32,000 bases of DNA, taken from NCBI GenBank assembly GCA_041662745.1, contig JBAZRV010000003.1:60001-92000 (forward strand). The letters run 5' to 3'. This document shows, in pieces, positions 8,092 through 16,965 of this stretch. The stretch's first letter is position 1; every line of letters starts with the position of its first letter. This DNA comes from Patescibacteria group bacterium. GTDB lineage: Bacteria > Patescibacteriota > Patescibacteriia > 2-01-FULL-39-33. The translations under genes and the position numbers were made by a program. Under the pieces are notes generated by a model that saw only the letters and a list, made by a program, of their open reading frames with translations, was not told the DNA's origin and did not search any database.

Positions 8092-8802
8092 ATGAAAAAC
8101 AAATATTTGTTAATCGCTTTAATTATTTGCTCTGTTGCTTTAACCGGTTGCGGGATCCAGAAGGATGAAGTCAAAGAGGCCGTGCCGGCCGGGAGCGTTG
8201 CGGTTATCGGTCGGACAGTAACTGAATCGCCGGCCAGTCCGGCTGATGCCAGTTCCAGCCAAGCAACCTCATCCGCCACAATTATTAATAAAACACTTAC
8301 TATGCCGGAAATTATTATTGATCAAAGCAAAACTTATACCGCCGTTTTGCACACCGACCGGGGCGATATTACCGTCGCTTTAAACGCCAAAGCCACGCCG
8401 ATCACCGTTAATAACTTTGTTTATTTGGCTAAGAATAATTTTTATGATAACACGATCTTTCATCGCGTGATTAAGGACTTCATGATCCAGGGCGGCGATC
8501 CCAAAGGTGATGGCACCGGCGGGCCGGGCTACAAGTTTGCCGATGAAAAATTTACCGGCGAATATGCCCGCGGCACGCTGGCGATGGCTAACTCCGGACC
8601 CAACACCAATGGTTCGCAATTCTTCATTATGCACGCCGATGTGCCCTTGCAGAAAGATTATGTCATTTTCGGCCGCGTTACCAAGGGATTGGACGTGGTG
8701 GATAAAATTGCCACCGCAGCGACGACTCTGGGCGCTGATGGCGCCATGTCCAAGCCGGTTACTCCGGTTAAGGTTAATTCCATAGAAATAATTGAGAAAT
8801 AA
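8092..8802 (+). CDS. Cyclophilin-type peptidyl-prolyl cis-trans isomerase, lipoprotein
   Basis: 236 aa. Lipobox ALTGC, then a Ser/Ala-rich linker. FHRVIKDFMIQGGDP and GTLAMANSGPNTNGSQFFI are cyclophilin signatures. Confidence 0.93.
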   Translation: MKNKYLLIALIICSVALTGCGIQKDEVKEAVPAGSVAVIGRTVTESPASPADASSSQATSSATIINKTLTMPEIIIDQSKTYTAVLHTDRGDITVALNAKATPITVNNFVYLAKNNFYDNTIFHRVIKDFMIQGGDPKGDGTGGPGYKFADEKFTGEYARGTLAMANSGPNTNGSQFFIMHADVPLQKDYVIFGRVTKGLDVVDKIATAATTLGADGAMSKPVTPVKVNSIEIIEK

Positions 8803-8812
8803 TTTAATAATT

Positions 8813-9283
8813 ATGAAAAAATTATTGTTAATTTTGCCGATCCTCGCTTTAATTTTAGCCGGTTGCGGCCGGGCCGACCAAGGCAAAGTTACTGTTGGCG
8901 ATGTGGCCAATACTTATAATGCCGCTCAAGAGCTTAATCAGGATATGAATGATCCCAATAAGATATCCTCCGAAGATAACGTGGAAAATATTTATACGAT
9001 TATGAATTATCAGGGTAATGAAGCCAAAGAAACAGTTAAAACGGCGATCAGGGCGGGGATAGAAGACGGTAAGGCCCAAGGCGAGCTGGATAAGGAATTA
9101 ATAAAAACCTCGGCCGCTAATAATAACGACTTAGGCACCGGTTATATGCTGGGCTATGTTTTTGGCTGCAAGGCCGTTACCGGCAATGAGGATAAGTGCA
9201 ATGATGATATGGGTGAAAAATACCAAGCGATCATGGTGGAGGAGATGCAGAAACAATTCCAAAACATGGGCGTGACCCAATAA
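8813..9283 (+). CDS. Hypothetical lipoprotein
   Basis: The ATG at 8813 gives MKKLLLILPILALILAGCG, a signal peptide with a lipobox. The ORF-track TTG start at 8792 overlaps the previous gene and is less likely. Confidence 0.75.
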   Translation: MKKLLLILPILALILAGCGRADQGKVTVGDVANTYNAAQELNQDMNDPNKISSEDNVENIYTIMNYQGNEAKETVKTAIRAGIEDGKAQGELDKELIKTSAANNNDLGTGYMLGYVFGCKAVTGNEDKCNDDMGEKYQAIMVEEMQKQFQNMGVTQ

Positions 9284-9309
9284 TATTTTAGATTTTTATA
9301 ACCAATTTT

Positions 9310-10563
9310 ATGTTAGACATTAAACAGCTCCGCGAGAATACGGAGAAAATCAAGGAGGCCTTGTTAAAAAGAATGGATAAAAAGGTTTTGGAATCCGCTT
9401 TGGACAAGATTTTGAAATTGGACAATGAGCGCCGTGAAGTTCTGCAGAAGGCCGAGGATTTGAAATCCGAACGCAATAAAGCGTCAAAAACCAAACCCAC
9501 TCCGGAGATTATTGAACAGATGAAATCCGTAGGGGAGGAAATTAAGGCCCTGGACACCCAATTGGCGGGGATTGAGGCTGATTTTGAATTGGCGATGGCC
9601 GAATTGCCGAATGCTCCGGCCGATGATGTTTTGCCCGGCGATAAAGAAAACAATAAAGTCATCAGAACCTCCGGCGATAAGCCGAAATTCAAATTTGAGC
9701 CCAAGGATCATGTGGAATTGGCGACTGAATTGGGATTGATTGATTATGAAAGGGGAGTGAAGATGTCCGGTTCCGGTTTTTGGATTTATAAGGGGCAAGG
9801 CGCGCTTTTGGAGTGGGCGTTATTGAATTATTTTTTGGATTTTCACACTAAGAACGGCTATACTTTTATTTTGCCGCCGTATTTATTGACCGAGAAGTCC
9901 GCCTATACCTCCGGCCATTTGCCGAAATTCCGCGACGATCTGTTCTGGACGCAGGATCAGCTTTGCCTTAATGCCACCTCCGAAATGATGCTGGGCAATT
10001 ATCATCGCGATGAAATTCTGGAAGAAAAAGAATTACCGCTTAAATATTGCGCTTATTCCGCCTGTTTCCGCCGTGAAGCCGGTTCTTATCGCAAGGAGGA
10101 GCGGGGGATGATTCGCGGGCATCAATTCAATAAGATTGAAATGTTTCAATTCACCAAGGTCGGAGAGTCCTGGCCGGCTTTTGACGAGTTGACTCGCAAT
10201 GCCGAGGCGCTGGTGGAAGGTTTGGGTTTGCATTTTCAAACAGTCCAGTTGGCGGCCGGCGATGCTTCCGCGGCCATGGCCAAGACCATTGATATTGAGG
10301 TGTGGATTCCGTCCATGGGTATCTATAAAGAAGTCTCCTCGGCTTCCAATGCCCTGGATTATCAGGCGCGCCGCGGCAATATACGCTACAAAGATACCAC
10401 CACCGGCAAAAATGAGTATGTCCATACTCTTAATGCTTCCGGATTGGCTACCAGCCGCTTATTCCCGGCCATTTTGGAACAATTCCAGCAAGCTGACGGT
10501 TCAGTGATTATTCCCGAGGTTCTGCGCCAATGGACGGGATTTGACAAGATTAAGAAGAGATAA
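9310..10563 (+). CDS. serS: Serine--tRNA ligase
   Basis: 417 aa. N-terminal coiled-coil arm, then FRREAGSYRKEERGMIRGHQFNKIEMF (motif 2) and TLNASGLATSRLFPAILE (motif 3). Confidence 0.97.
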   Translation: MLDIKQLRENTEKIKEALLKRMDKKVLESALDKILKLDNERREVLQKAEDLKSERNKASKTKPTPEIIEQMKSVGEEIKALDTQLAGIEADFELAMAELPNAPADDVLPGDKENNKVIRTSGDKPKFKFEPKDHVELATELGLIDYERGVKMSGSGFWIYKGQGALLEWALLNYFLDFHTKNGYTFILPPYLLTEKSAYTSGHLPKFRDDLFWTQDQLCLNATSEMMLGNYHRDEILEEKELPLKYCAYSACFRREAGSYRKEERGMIRGHQFNKIEMFQFTKVGESWPAFDELTRNAEALVEGLGLHFQTVQLAAGDASAAMAKTIDIEVWIPSMGIYKEVSSASNALDYQARRGNIRYKDTTTGKNEYVHTLNASGLATSRLFPAILEQFQQADGSVIIPEVLRQWTGFDKIKKR

Positions 10564-10578
10564 ATAATCGATGGATTT

Positions 10579-11157
10579 ATGGGAAAAATATTTATTGTCA
10601 GGCACGGGCAAGATACTGATAATGTAGCCAAGATTTTAAACGGCCGCCGGGATACGGAGTTGACCGACTTAGGCAGGAAACAAGCCAAAGAAACGGCTAA
10701 AAAGCTTTCCACCGAATATTCCATTAAAATAATCTATTCGTCGCCGCTTAAGAGATGCTACGAAACAGCTCGCATTATTGCTGAATTTTTGCATGTTGAC
10801 GAGATTGTAGTTGACGAGCATTTAATAGAAAGAGAATTCGGAATTTTAACCGGCAAGCCATTGGCTGACATACCCAAATACAGCAATAAGATTCTGCATA
10901 GCGACGGGGTGAATTATTTTTTGGAAGCGGACGGCGCCGAGGATTTTCCTGCTGCTTATGAGAGAGGAAAAAAGATCTTGGACGAGATAAGAGAAAGGCA
11001 TCCCCAAGATAATATTTTAATCGTTACTCATGGCGATACCGGCAAGATGATTCGCGCCGCCTTTCATGATTGGGGCTGGGAGAAAGGATTAATGATGCCA
11101 TATTTTGATAATGCTTCAGTTTTGGAGCTTTTTAACACGCAAGATATTATCAAATAA
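10579..11157 (+). CDS. Histidine phosphatase family protein (phosphoglycerate mutase-like)
   Basis: 192 aa. It has the IVRHGQDTDN RHG motif near the N-terminus and a VTHGD distal His. Confidence 0.88.
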   Translation: MGKIFIVRHGQDTDNVAKILNGRRDTELTDLGRKQAKETAKKLSTEYSIKIIYSSPLKRCYETARIIAEFLHVDEIVVDEHLIEREFGILTGKPLADIPKYSNKILHSDGVNYFLEADGAEDFPAAYERGKKILDEIRERHPQDNILIVTHGDTGKMIRAAFHDWGWEKGLMMPYFDNASVLELFNTQDIIK

Positions 11158-11171
11158 ATTAGGAATGCAGC

Positions 11172-12020
11172 ATGATCAAGGATTATTCTTATTCCGGCGG
11201 GAAGGCGGGAGTCAAGAAGGATTACCAAGTCAAGAATTTCAACAATCCCTATTTCCATCCGGAGAAAAAAAGCCTGACTAAGCACTTCAACACCAAGCTG
11301 TATCTGCAGATCCTCTTGGCTCTTTTTTTATTGTACGTGATTATTTATAGCGATTTGTTTAAGATTGCCGCTGTCGGTATTTCCGGCACTGATTTGATCG
11401 ATCAGAATGAGATCAGATCCATGGCCGAGAAAGAACTCAGCGGTTATAAGCTGTTTCTGTTTCCTCGCCGCAATATGATTTTTTTCAACCAGAAAAAGCT
11501 GGAGCGGGAAATCAACAGCCGTTATGCCCTGAATAAACTGGAAATCAAAAAGAGCTGGCATCGTTTGGACATTAATTTGGAAGAAAAAGTCGCTTATCTT
11601 ATTGCCACCGACAACCAGAGATCTTATTTTGTTGATCTGACCGGCACAATCATTAAAGAGTTGTCGCCCCAAGAGGTGATTGACTACTCGCCGCGTTTTC
11701 CCAGCTTGATTTTGATGTCAGAAATAAAAATCGGCGATAAGCCGATCTCCGGGAGATTCGTCAATTATGTTTTGGAATTGGATAATGATTTGCAGAGCCA
11801 CGGCATTAAGGTTAAGGATTATCAGGGCGGGGGAGTGGATCAGGTGTTTATGAACGCTGAGGCGGGCTGGCAAGCCAAGTTTTCCATTAATACCAATATC
11901 AAGTTCTCTCTTGAGAATCTCTACTTCTTTTTGGACAAGAAGCTCAAAGGCAAAACATTTCAATATATTGATTTGCGCATCGGGGATCATGTTTATGTTT
12001 TTCCGGAGCAGGGAATATAA
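11172..12020 (+). CDS. FtsQ/DivIB-like cell division protein (TM + POTRA-like region)
   Basis: 282 aa with a single TM (LYLQILLALFLLYVIIYS). This is followed by IAAVGISGTDLIDQNEIRSMAEKEL, which resembles the FtsQ POTRA start. Assignment rests on architecture only. Confidence 0.55.
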   Translation: MIKDYSYSGGKAGVKKDYQVKNFNNPYFHPEKKSLTKHFNTKLYLQILLALFLLYVIIYSDLFKIAAVGISGTDLIDQNEIRSMAEKELSGYKLFLFPRRNMIFFNQKKLEREINSRYALNKLEIKKSWHRLDINLEEKVAYLIATDNQRSYFVDLTGTIIKELSPQEVIDYSPRFPSLILMSEIKIGDKPISGRFVNYVLELDNDLQSHGIKVKDYQGGGVDQVFMNAEAGWQAKFSINTNIKFSLENLYFFLDKKLKGKTFQYIDLRIGDHVYVFPEQGI

Positions 12021-12122
12021 TTTTTATTATTTGCTTTAGTTTACGCCTTTGTTATATAATATATTTAACTTCGTATAACGCAGGATAACCGATGTAGTAT
12101 TATCAAATAATGCCTAGTAACT

Positions 12123-13091
12123 ATGAAAAAGTCATCAGAACCGTTAATTAAACACATTAATGACTTTTTGGATTACGTGGAGGTGGAAAAGGGTCTTTCC
12201 CCCGTTTCTGCCAAGAATTACCATAACTTTCTCAAAGTGTTTATTGTTTGGCTTAAGGATAACAATTTGGCTCAGATTAAGCCTCACGAGTTGGATAGCA
12301 AGCATATCTGGGACTTCCGTCTCTATTTATCCCATAAAAAGGACCAGCGGGGTCAATATTTAAAAAAGACCACCCAGAGCTATTATTTGAGAGCTTTGAG
12401 GCAATTGTTGAATTATTTTGCTGAGAAGGATATCAGTTCCCTGCCCGCAGAAAAAATCAAATTGCCGAAACTGACTGATAAAGACAGGCAAATAAAATTT
12501 TTGTCTTACAGCCAAGTTGAACATTTATTGTCAATGCCGGACTTGAATGACGTTTCCGGATTGCGTGATCGGGTTATCTTGGAAGTTCTCTTTTCTACCG
12601 GCATGCGCGTGGCTGAATTAACTTCGCTTAACTTGAAACAGTTTGATTTGAGAATGATTTTAAATAATAAGATTAAGGATTTGGAATTATCAATAGCCGG
12701 CAAGGGCGGTAAGGTCAGGACGATTTATTTTTCACCCCGAGCCATTAAATACTTGTCGTTATATTTGAAAACACGCCAGGAGGACATGCTCGCTCCCCTG
12801 TTTATCAATTATAGCCGTAATACCGGCGATAAAGGCGAACGTCGTCTGACTCCCCGAGCAATTGAAAATTTGGTTAAAAAGTATACGGTCATGGCCGGCT
12901 TGCCGATTGATGCCACGCCCCACACCCTTAGGCACAGTTATGCTACCGATTTATTGGAACAAGGGGCTGATTTGAGATCGGTTCAGGAGTTGCTGGGCCA
13001 TAGCAATGTGGCCACCACCCAGATTTATACCCACGTTACTAATCCTCGGTTAAGGGATGTTTATAAAAAATTCCATAGTGGCAGTAAATAA
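12123..13091 (+). CDS. Tyrosine recombinase, XerC/XerD family
   Basis: 322 aa. N-terminal SAM-like core-binding region (FLDYVEVEKGLSPVSAKNY), GMRVAEL (Arg I), HTLRHSYATDLL and LLGHSNVATTQIYTHV (catalytic Tyr). Confidence 0.93.
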   Translation: MKKSSEPLIKHINDFLDYVEVEKGLSPVSAKNYHNFLKVFIVWLKDNNLAQIKPHELDSKHIWDFRLYLSHKKDQRGQYLKKTTQSYYLRALRQLLNYFAEKDISSLPAEKIKLPKLTDKDRQIKFLSYSQVEHLLSMPDLNDVSGLRDRVILEVLFSTGMRVAELTSLNLKQFDLRMILNNKIKDLELSIAGKGGKVRTIYFSPRAIKYLSLYLKTRQEDMLAPLFINYSRNTGDKGERRLTPRAIENLVKKYTVMAGLPIDATPHTLRHSYATDLLEQGADLRSVQELLGHSNVATTQIYTHVTNPRLRDVYKKFHSGSK

Positions 13092-13100
13092 ACAGCCAAT

Positions 13101-13130
13101 AAAAAACAACCGGCCATGGCCGGTTGTTTT
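13101..13130. terminator. Bidirectional terminator shared by the convergent Xer gene and the Cys-rich ORF
   Basis: Perfect palindrome acaaccggcc/ggccggttgt (13106-13127), flanked by an A-run on the left and a T-run on the right. Confidence 0.85.
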
Positions 13131-13149
13131 GTTAAGACTCAATCTTAGT

Positions 13150-13374
13150 TTACTCCTCATCATCCGTGTTCTCATCTTCCTCTTCCTCTTTCTTTTCATC
13201 CCCATCTACTCCCCCAACATCTTCCTCATCATCGGCATTGGAGTCGTCGATCATGTTGCTGCAGCCGCAAGAGCAGTCCGGGCCGCAAGCGCAACAATGG
13301 AAGCAGAGCGAGGTGTCGCAACTGCATTTGCTGTCGTCACTAACGGGCATACCGCATTTGACGCATGTGTCCAT
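13150..13374 (-). CDS. Small Cys-rich (metallothionein-like) protein with a poly-acidic C-terminal tail
   Basis: 74 aa. There are 11 Cys plus 1 His in the first 38 residues (CVKCG, CSC, CFHCCAC, CSCGC), then a D/E-rich tail. The terminator lies 20 nt past the stop, and tgatataat is an extended -10 upstream. No SD, and low-complexity DNA keeps the opposite strand open too. Confidence 0.5.
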   Translation of the reverse strand: MDTCVKCGMPVSDDSKCSCDTSLCFHCCACGPDCSCGCSNMIDDSNADDEEDVGGVDGDEKKEEEEDENTDDEE

Positions 13375-13496
13375 ACATTTAAAATGGTTATTTTTATTAG
13401 GGTTTTTTTACCCCTTTTAAATTATATCAAAGATAATAAGAAAAATAAATATGGCTGTCAACCCCATTAAAAGTATTTTTGGTTTGAGCTTAGATT

Positions 13497-14726
13497 TTAT
13501 GGCAGATAGTTAAGGGGGTCAACAGGAATGCCATTGGCCCTAACCTCAAAATGAAGATGCGGCCCGGAAGAAAAGCCGGTACTGCCTGATAGGCCGATCA
13601 ATTGTCCTTTGGTGACATATTCATCACTGTCTACGTTAATGGAACTTAGATGGGCGTAAAGGGTGGAAATATTGTTGCCATGAATAATCATGATGTAATT
13701 GCCGTACCATTTGGTATTCCGACCGATTGTCGCTACATAGCCGGTGTCGGCGGCCTTGACTGGCGTGCCGGTTTTGATGCCGATATCGATGCCGGAATGT
13801 TCAAAGAGATAGCGGTAAGGGTATTCAGGATCATGGAAAACGCAAGTTAGCCTTTGGCTGGCCGTCGGCCAATTTAGCGCCGCCGCCCCCAATTGGTTAA
13901 AGCGCTCCTTTTCTCCCTTTTTAGCTAATTGATCGCGAAGCTTTTTTTCCAGGGTGGCAACCTGAGCGTTGGCCGCGGCTTGCTCCTTTTTTAAATCAGT
14001 AATCAGCGTCTGGAATTTTTTTTCTGATTTTTTGGTTTCCGTAACCAGGTAGTTTTTTTCCTGCTTTTTGTTGTTCAATATGGATTTTTCGTCTTCCAGT
14101 TTATTTAGGATGTCGGCTAACCGTTGTTTATTTTTATCCAATTCTTTTTTTTGATCGATTAGTTTATCGCTTAGCTCTTGCAAGCGATTAAGCGTTTTTT
14201 GCAAGTCGCTTCTGATATCCTCGGAATATTTTATTTGATCAAAAAATTCAGAGAATGAATTATTGCCTAAAAGTATGGAAATGTAGTCTTTATCATCATA
14301 CCGGGCTATTAGGCGCAAGACATTGCCTAATTTATCCTTTTCATTTTCCATCAAACCCTCATTTTTTTTGATATTGATGTTGGTACGCTCAATTTCCAGC
14401 TGGACTTCCTTGGCCTCCTCTTCTTTAATTTGGATATCTAAATCTGTTTTGCCGATTTGGTTGCTTAATATGTTTAATTGGTTTTGCAAGCTGACCTGTT
14501 CTAAGCGATTGTTTTTTACGTTAGTTTGATATTCGGTTATTTGTTGAGTCAGTTGGTCTATTTTGGCTTTTTGCGCTTCTATTTGTTTGTTAAGCTCAGC
14601 AGTCGCCGCCTGATCATCGGTACTCCCCTGCTCTGTTGCCGCCTGGACAACTTGAAGAATGCCAAAAACAGCCAAAATAGCCAGGCCTGCGGTTAAGATT
14701 ATTTTTTTGGTTAGATTATTCGGCAT
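13497..14726 (-). CDS. M23 family metallopeptidase with long N-terminal coiled coil (EnvC-like)
   Basis: 409 aa. Signal/TM helix, about 230 aa of Q/K/E-rich heptad-like sequence, then HSGIDIG and GSTGFSSGPHLHFEV, the M23 zinc motifs. Confidence 0.92.
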   Translation of the reverse strand: MPNNLTKKIILTAGLAILAVFGILQVVQAATEQGSTDDQAATAELNKQIEAQKAKIDQLTQQITEYQTNVKNNRLEQVSLQNQLNILSNQIGKTDLDIQIKEEEAKEVQLEIERTNINIKKNEGLMENEKDKLGNVLRLIARYDDKDYISILLGNNSFSEFFDQIKYSEDIRSDLQKTLNRLQELSDKLIDQKKELDKNKQRLADILNKLEDEKSILNNKKQEKNYLVTETKKSEKKFQTLITDLKKEQAAANAQVATLEKKLRDQLAKKGEKERFNQLGAAALNWPTASQRLTCVFHDPEYPYRYLFEHSGIDIGIKTGTPVKAADTGYVATIGRNTKWYGNYIMIIHGNNISTLYAHLSSINVDSDEYVTKGQLIGLSGSTGFSSGPHLHFEVRANGIPVDPLNYLP

Positions 14727-14760
14727 TTTCTTTATTATATTATAGCAGTCTAGTCAATAT

Positions 14761-14789
14761 TTGACAAAGACCGGCATAAGTATTAAGAT
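14761..14789 (+). promoter_or_regulatory. Sigma70-type promoter
   Basis: ttgaca (14761-14766), 17-nt spacer, taagat (14784-14789). Confidence 0.6.
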
Positions 14790-14886
14790 GGGCAAATCAT
14801 GGCACTTTATAAATAAACTGTAAAATAAGTTAAGATTTGTTGTTGTGAACGGGCAATATAATCAATCAAGTGGAGGACCAAAGACC

Positions 14887-15114
14887 ATGGCGATTTTAGA
14901 AGCGGATGGACAAATCATTTGTGATGGCATGAGAGAGGGCAGGAAGTGCCGGCGACAATTTAATATTATTAGGCCGTCGGCTGCGGCGATTGTCAGAAGT
15001 TCATTGGATTATTGGCGTAACGTATTGCAGCAAGCGCTGGATTGCAATTGGACTTATAACAGGGTGTCAAGGAAAATTTTTTGTCCTAAATGTTCTCAAA
15101 TCAGACAGCCCTGA
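14887..15114 (+). CDS. Hypothetical small protein with possible zinc-ribbon cysteines
   Basis: SD ggagg at 14872-14876 lies 10 nt before the ATG at 14887, which is preferred over the GTG at 14845. It has C-x8-C near the N-terminus and CPKC near the C-terminus. Confidence 0.5.
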   Translation: MAILEADGQIICDGMREGRKCRRQFNIIRPSAAAIVRSSLDYWRNVLQQALDCNWTYNRVSRKIFCPKCSQIRQP

Positions 15115-15141
15115 TTAAAAGACTAAAAGGAGGCGCCGATA

Positions 15142-15351
15142 ATGGTAATATTTGCCGTTTTATGCTTGTTAGCTTTGACGATTTTCTTCTTTCTTTATGC
15201 TTTCGCGGCTTCTTATAATGACGGATTTGAAGAGGGCGCAGTCTATGCCTTGTTGTTTATCGGCGTATGCTTAACGGTTTGTGATGTTGTACTTTTGGTA
15301 TTTATAATTATATATTTCGTAACTCTCACGCCGCCCATTCCAGTGTTATAA
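15142..15351 (+). CDS. Hypothetical small membrane protein (2 TM)
   Basis: Strong SD aaaggagg lies upstream. The 69-aa product is almost entirely hydrophobic. Confidence 0.6.
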   Translation: MVIFAVLCLLALTIFFFLYAFAASYNDGFEEGAVYALLFIGVCLTVCDVVLLVFIIIYFVTLTPPIPVL

Positions 15352-15408
15352 TTTCCGATCTAACACAGCCGCAACCATTACAATCATTGTTCAATAGGAC
15401 ATTCACAA

Positions 15409-15441
15409 ATACAGCGCCCTGCTGAGGCGCTGTATTTTTTA
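15409..15441. terminator. Bidirectional terminator between the convergent small-ORF unit and gltX
   Basis: Stem atacagcgcc (15409-15418) / ggcgctgtat (15426-15435), 7-nt loop, then a T6 run. Confidence 0.8.
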
Positions 15442-15448
15442 TTGTTTT

Positions 15449-16936
15449 TTAAGATAATTTTTTAATCGCTTCATTGATTCTCTTTAGGGTTTTTTCTTTG
15501 CCTAAAATTTCAGCGATTTCAAATGGCGTCGGAGATTTTTCCTGGCCGGTCAGGGCGGCTCTTAGTGGCCAAAGAACCTCGCCGTTAGTCAACCCAGATT
15601 TTTTAATCCAAGCCAATAATGATTTTTCCAAGTTGTTTTTAGACCAATCAGTCAGTCGTTCTAATTCTTCGGCCGTTAAGGACAGGTTCTTTAGAGTCGT
15701 TTGTTGGTCGGATTTTTTCCAAATCAGCAGTTCGGGGCGGTATTCCAACTTATCCGTAAATAGGAATTTAATCCCCTCTCCCGCCTCAGAAAGTTTGCTT
15801 ATGCGCTCCTGCTCAATCGCTAATATTTTTTCGATTTCGAGGCCTTCGGGCAATGCCCCAATATTCTTTTCTAAGTATGGTCGAGCTAATTGAACAAATT
15901 TTGTGTTCGGAAGTTTTTTAATGTATTCGCCGTTAAGCCAGTCCAATTTTTGCTGGTCAAAGATCGCCCCGGCTTTATGCACCTTAGCCAGGGAGAATTG
16001 TTTGATTAACTCGTCTAAGCTGAATATCTCTTGCTCGGTTCCCGGATTCCACCCCAGCAGCGCTACATAATTTATTAGCGCTTCCGGCAAGTAGCCGGCT
16101 TTCATGTAGTCTTCTACGGCCACGTCGCCCTGCCGTTTGGACAGTTTGGATCTGTCTTTGTTTAGGATTAGCGGCAGATGAGCATAAGCGGGCGCCGTCC
16201 AGCCGAAGCATTCAAATAGGATAATATGTTTGGGCGTGGATGGTAGCCATTCTTCGGCGCGAATAATATGAGTTGATTCCATTAAATGATCATCAACCAC
16301 GTGCGCCAAATGGTAAGTGGGAAAGCCGTCAGCCTTAAGCAAGACTTGGTCGTCTAATTCCTTAGTGTTGATTTTGACCTTGCCCCTGACCAAATCATTG
16401 AATTCCACTTCTTTATCTTCCGGCATTTTCATCCTAATAACGTGCTTTTCGCCTTGGGCCAAGCGGTCTTTAATTTCTGTCGCGGACAATTTTTTACATT
16501 GGCCGTCGTAACGGGTGGGGCGTTTGAGTTCCTCTTGCTCCCGTCTCAATTTCTCCAGCCTTTCGGGGGTGCAAAAGCAGTGGTAGGCGTAACCTTGGTC
16601 AACCAGCTCCCGGGCGTATTTCTGGTATAAATCAAGGCGTTTGGATTGCGTGTAGGGGCCAAATTTGCCCTTTTCAGCGGGTTTTCCTGCAGAATCCAGT
16701 AAAACACCTTCATCCGGCTCAATACCCGCCCATTTTAATACTTTTAACAGGTTTTCTACCGCTCCCGAAACTTCCCGGCTTTGGTCGGTGTCTTCAATGC
16801 GCAGAAAAAAAGTCCCGCCGTTTTGTTTGGCGAATAAGTATTCATACAGGGCGCTGCGCAAACTGCCCAAGTGCACATAGCCGGTCGGGCTGGGCGCGAA
16901 ACGCGTGCGGATTTTTGACTTGAATAAATTGAACAT
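15449..16936 (-). CDS. gltX: Glutamate--tRNA ligase
   Basis: 495 aa. RFAPSPTGYVHLGSLRSALY (HIGH-type) and LSKLSKRQ (KMSKS-type). Confidence 0.97.
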   Translation of the reverse strand: MFNLFKSKIRTRFAPSPTGYVHLGSLRSALYEYLFAKQNGGTFFLRIEDTDQSREVSGAVENLLKVLKWAGIEPDEGVLLDSAGKPAEKGKFGPYTQSKRLDLYQKYARELVDQGYAYHCFCTPERLEKLRREQEELKRPTRYDGQCKKLSATEIKDRLAQGEKHVIRMKMPEDKEVEFNDLVRGKVKINTKELDDQVLLKADGFPTYHLAHVVDDHLMESTHIIRAEEWLPSTPKHIILFECFGWTAPAYAHLPLILNKDRSKLSKRQGDVAVEDYMKAGYLPEALINYVALLGWNPGTEQEIFSLDELIKQFSLAKVHKAGAIFDQQKLDWLNGEYIKKLPNTKFVQLARPYLEKNIGALPEGLEIEKILAIEQERISKLSEAGEGIKFLFTDKLEYRPELLIWKKSDQQTTLKNLSLTAEELERLTDWSKNNLEKSLLAWIKKSGLTNGEVLWPLRAALTGQEKSPTPFEIAEILGKEKTLKRINEAIKKLS

Positions 16937-16965
16937 ATTAAATTATTATGAAACAATATCTTTAA

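Noticed and set aside
8792-8812. Extended TTG or upstream starts proposed by the ORF track (8792 for the lipoprotein, 24864 for GT2, 29873 for secD, 14845 GTG for the small Cys protein)
   Set aside because: In each case an internal ATG gives a canonical N-terminus (signal peptide, GT2 beta1 strand, SecD N-terminus) or a properly spaced SD. The extension would overlap a neighbouring gene, terminator or -10 box.
12065-12077. ttaacttcgtata, a 12/13 match to a loxP recombinase-binding arm (ATAACTTCGTATA), 45 nt upstream of the Xer-type recombinase gene
   Set aside because: Only a single arm is present. I could find no inverted partner (tatacgaagtta) within the intergenic region or elsewhere in the window, so it does not form a recombination site here. 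It was noticed post hoc in AT-rich promoter DNA. It would be worth a whole-genome search for the inverted arm, but I do not claim it.
13057-13470. Plus-strand ORFs of 137 aa and 84 aa (13166-13420) opposite the Cys-rich ORF
   Set aside because: The 137-aa ORF starts inside the Xer gene and reads straight through the perfect-palindrome terminator. Both are homopolymer-like (L/F/I or S-rich) products of the complementary acidic/Cys-codon repeats. The minus-strand frame fits the terminator and promoter layout better, though it remains only moderately confident.
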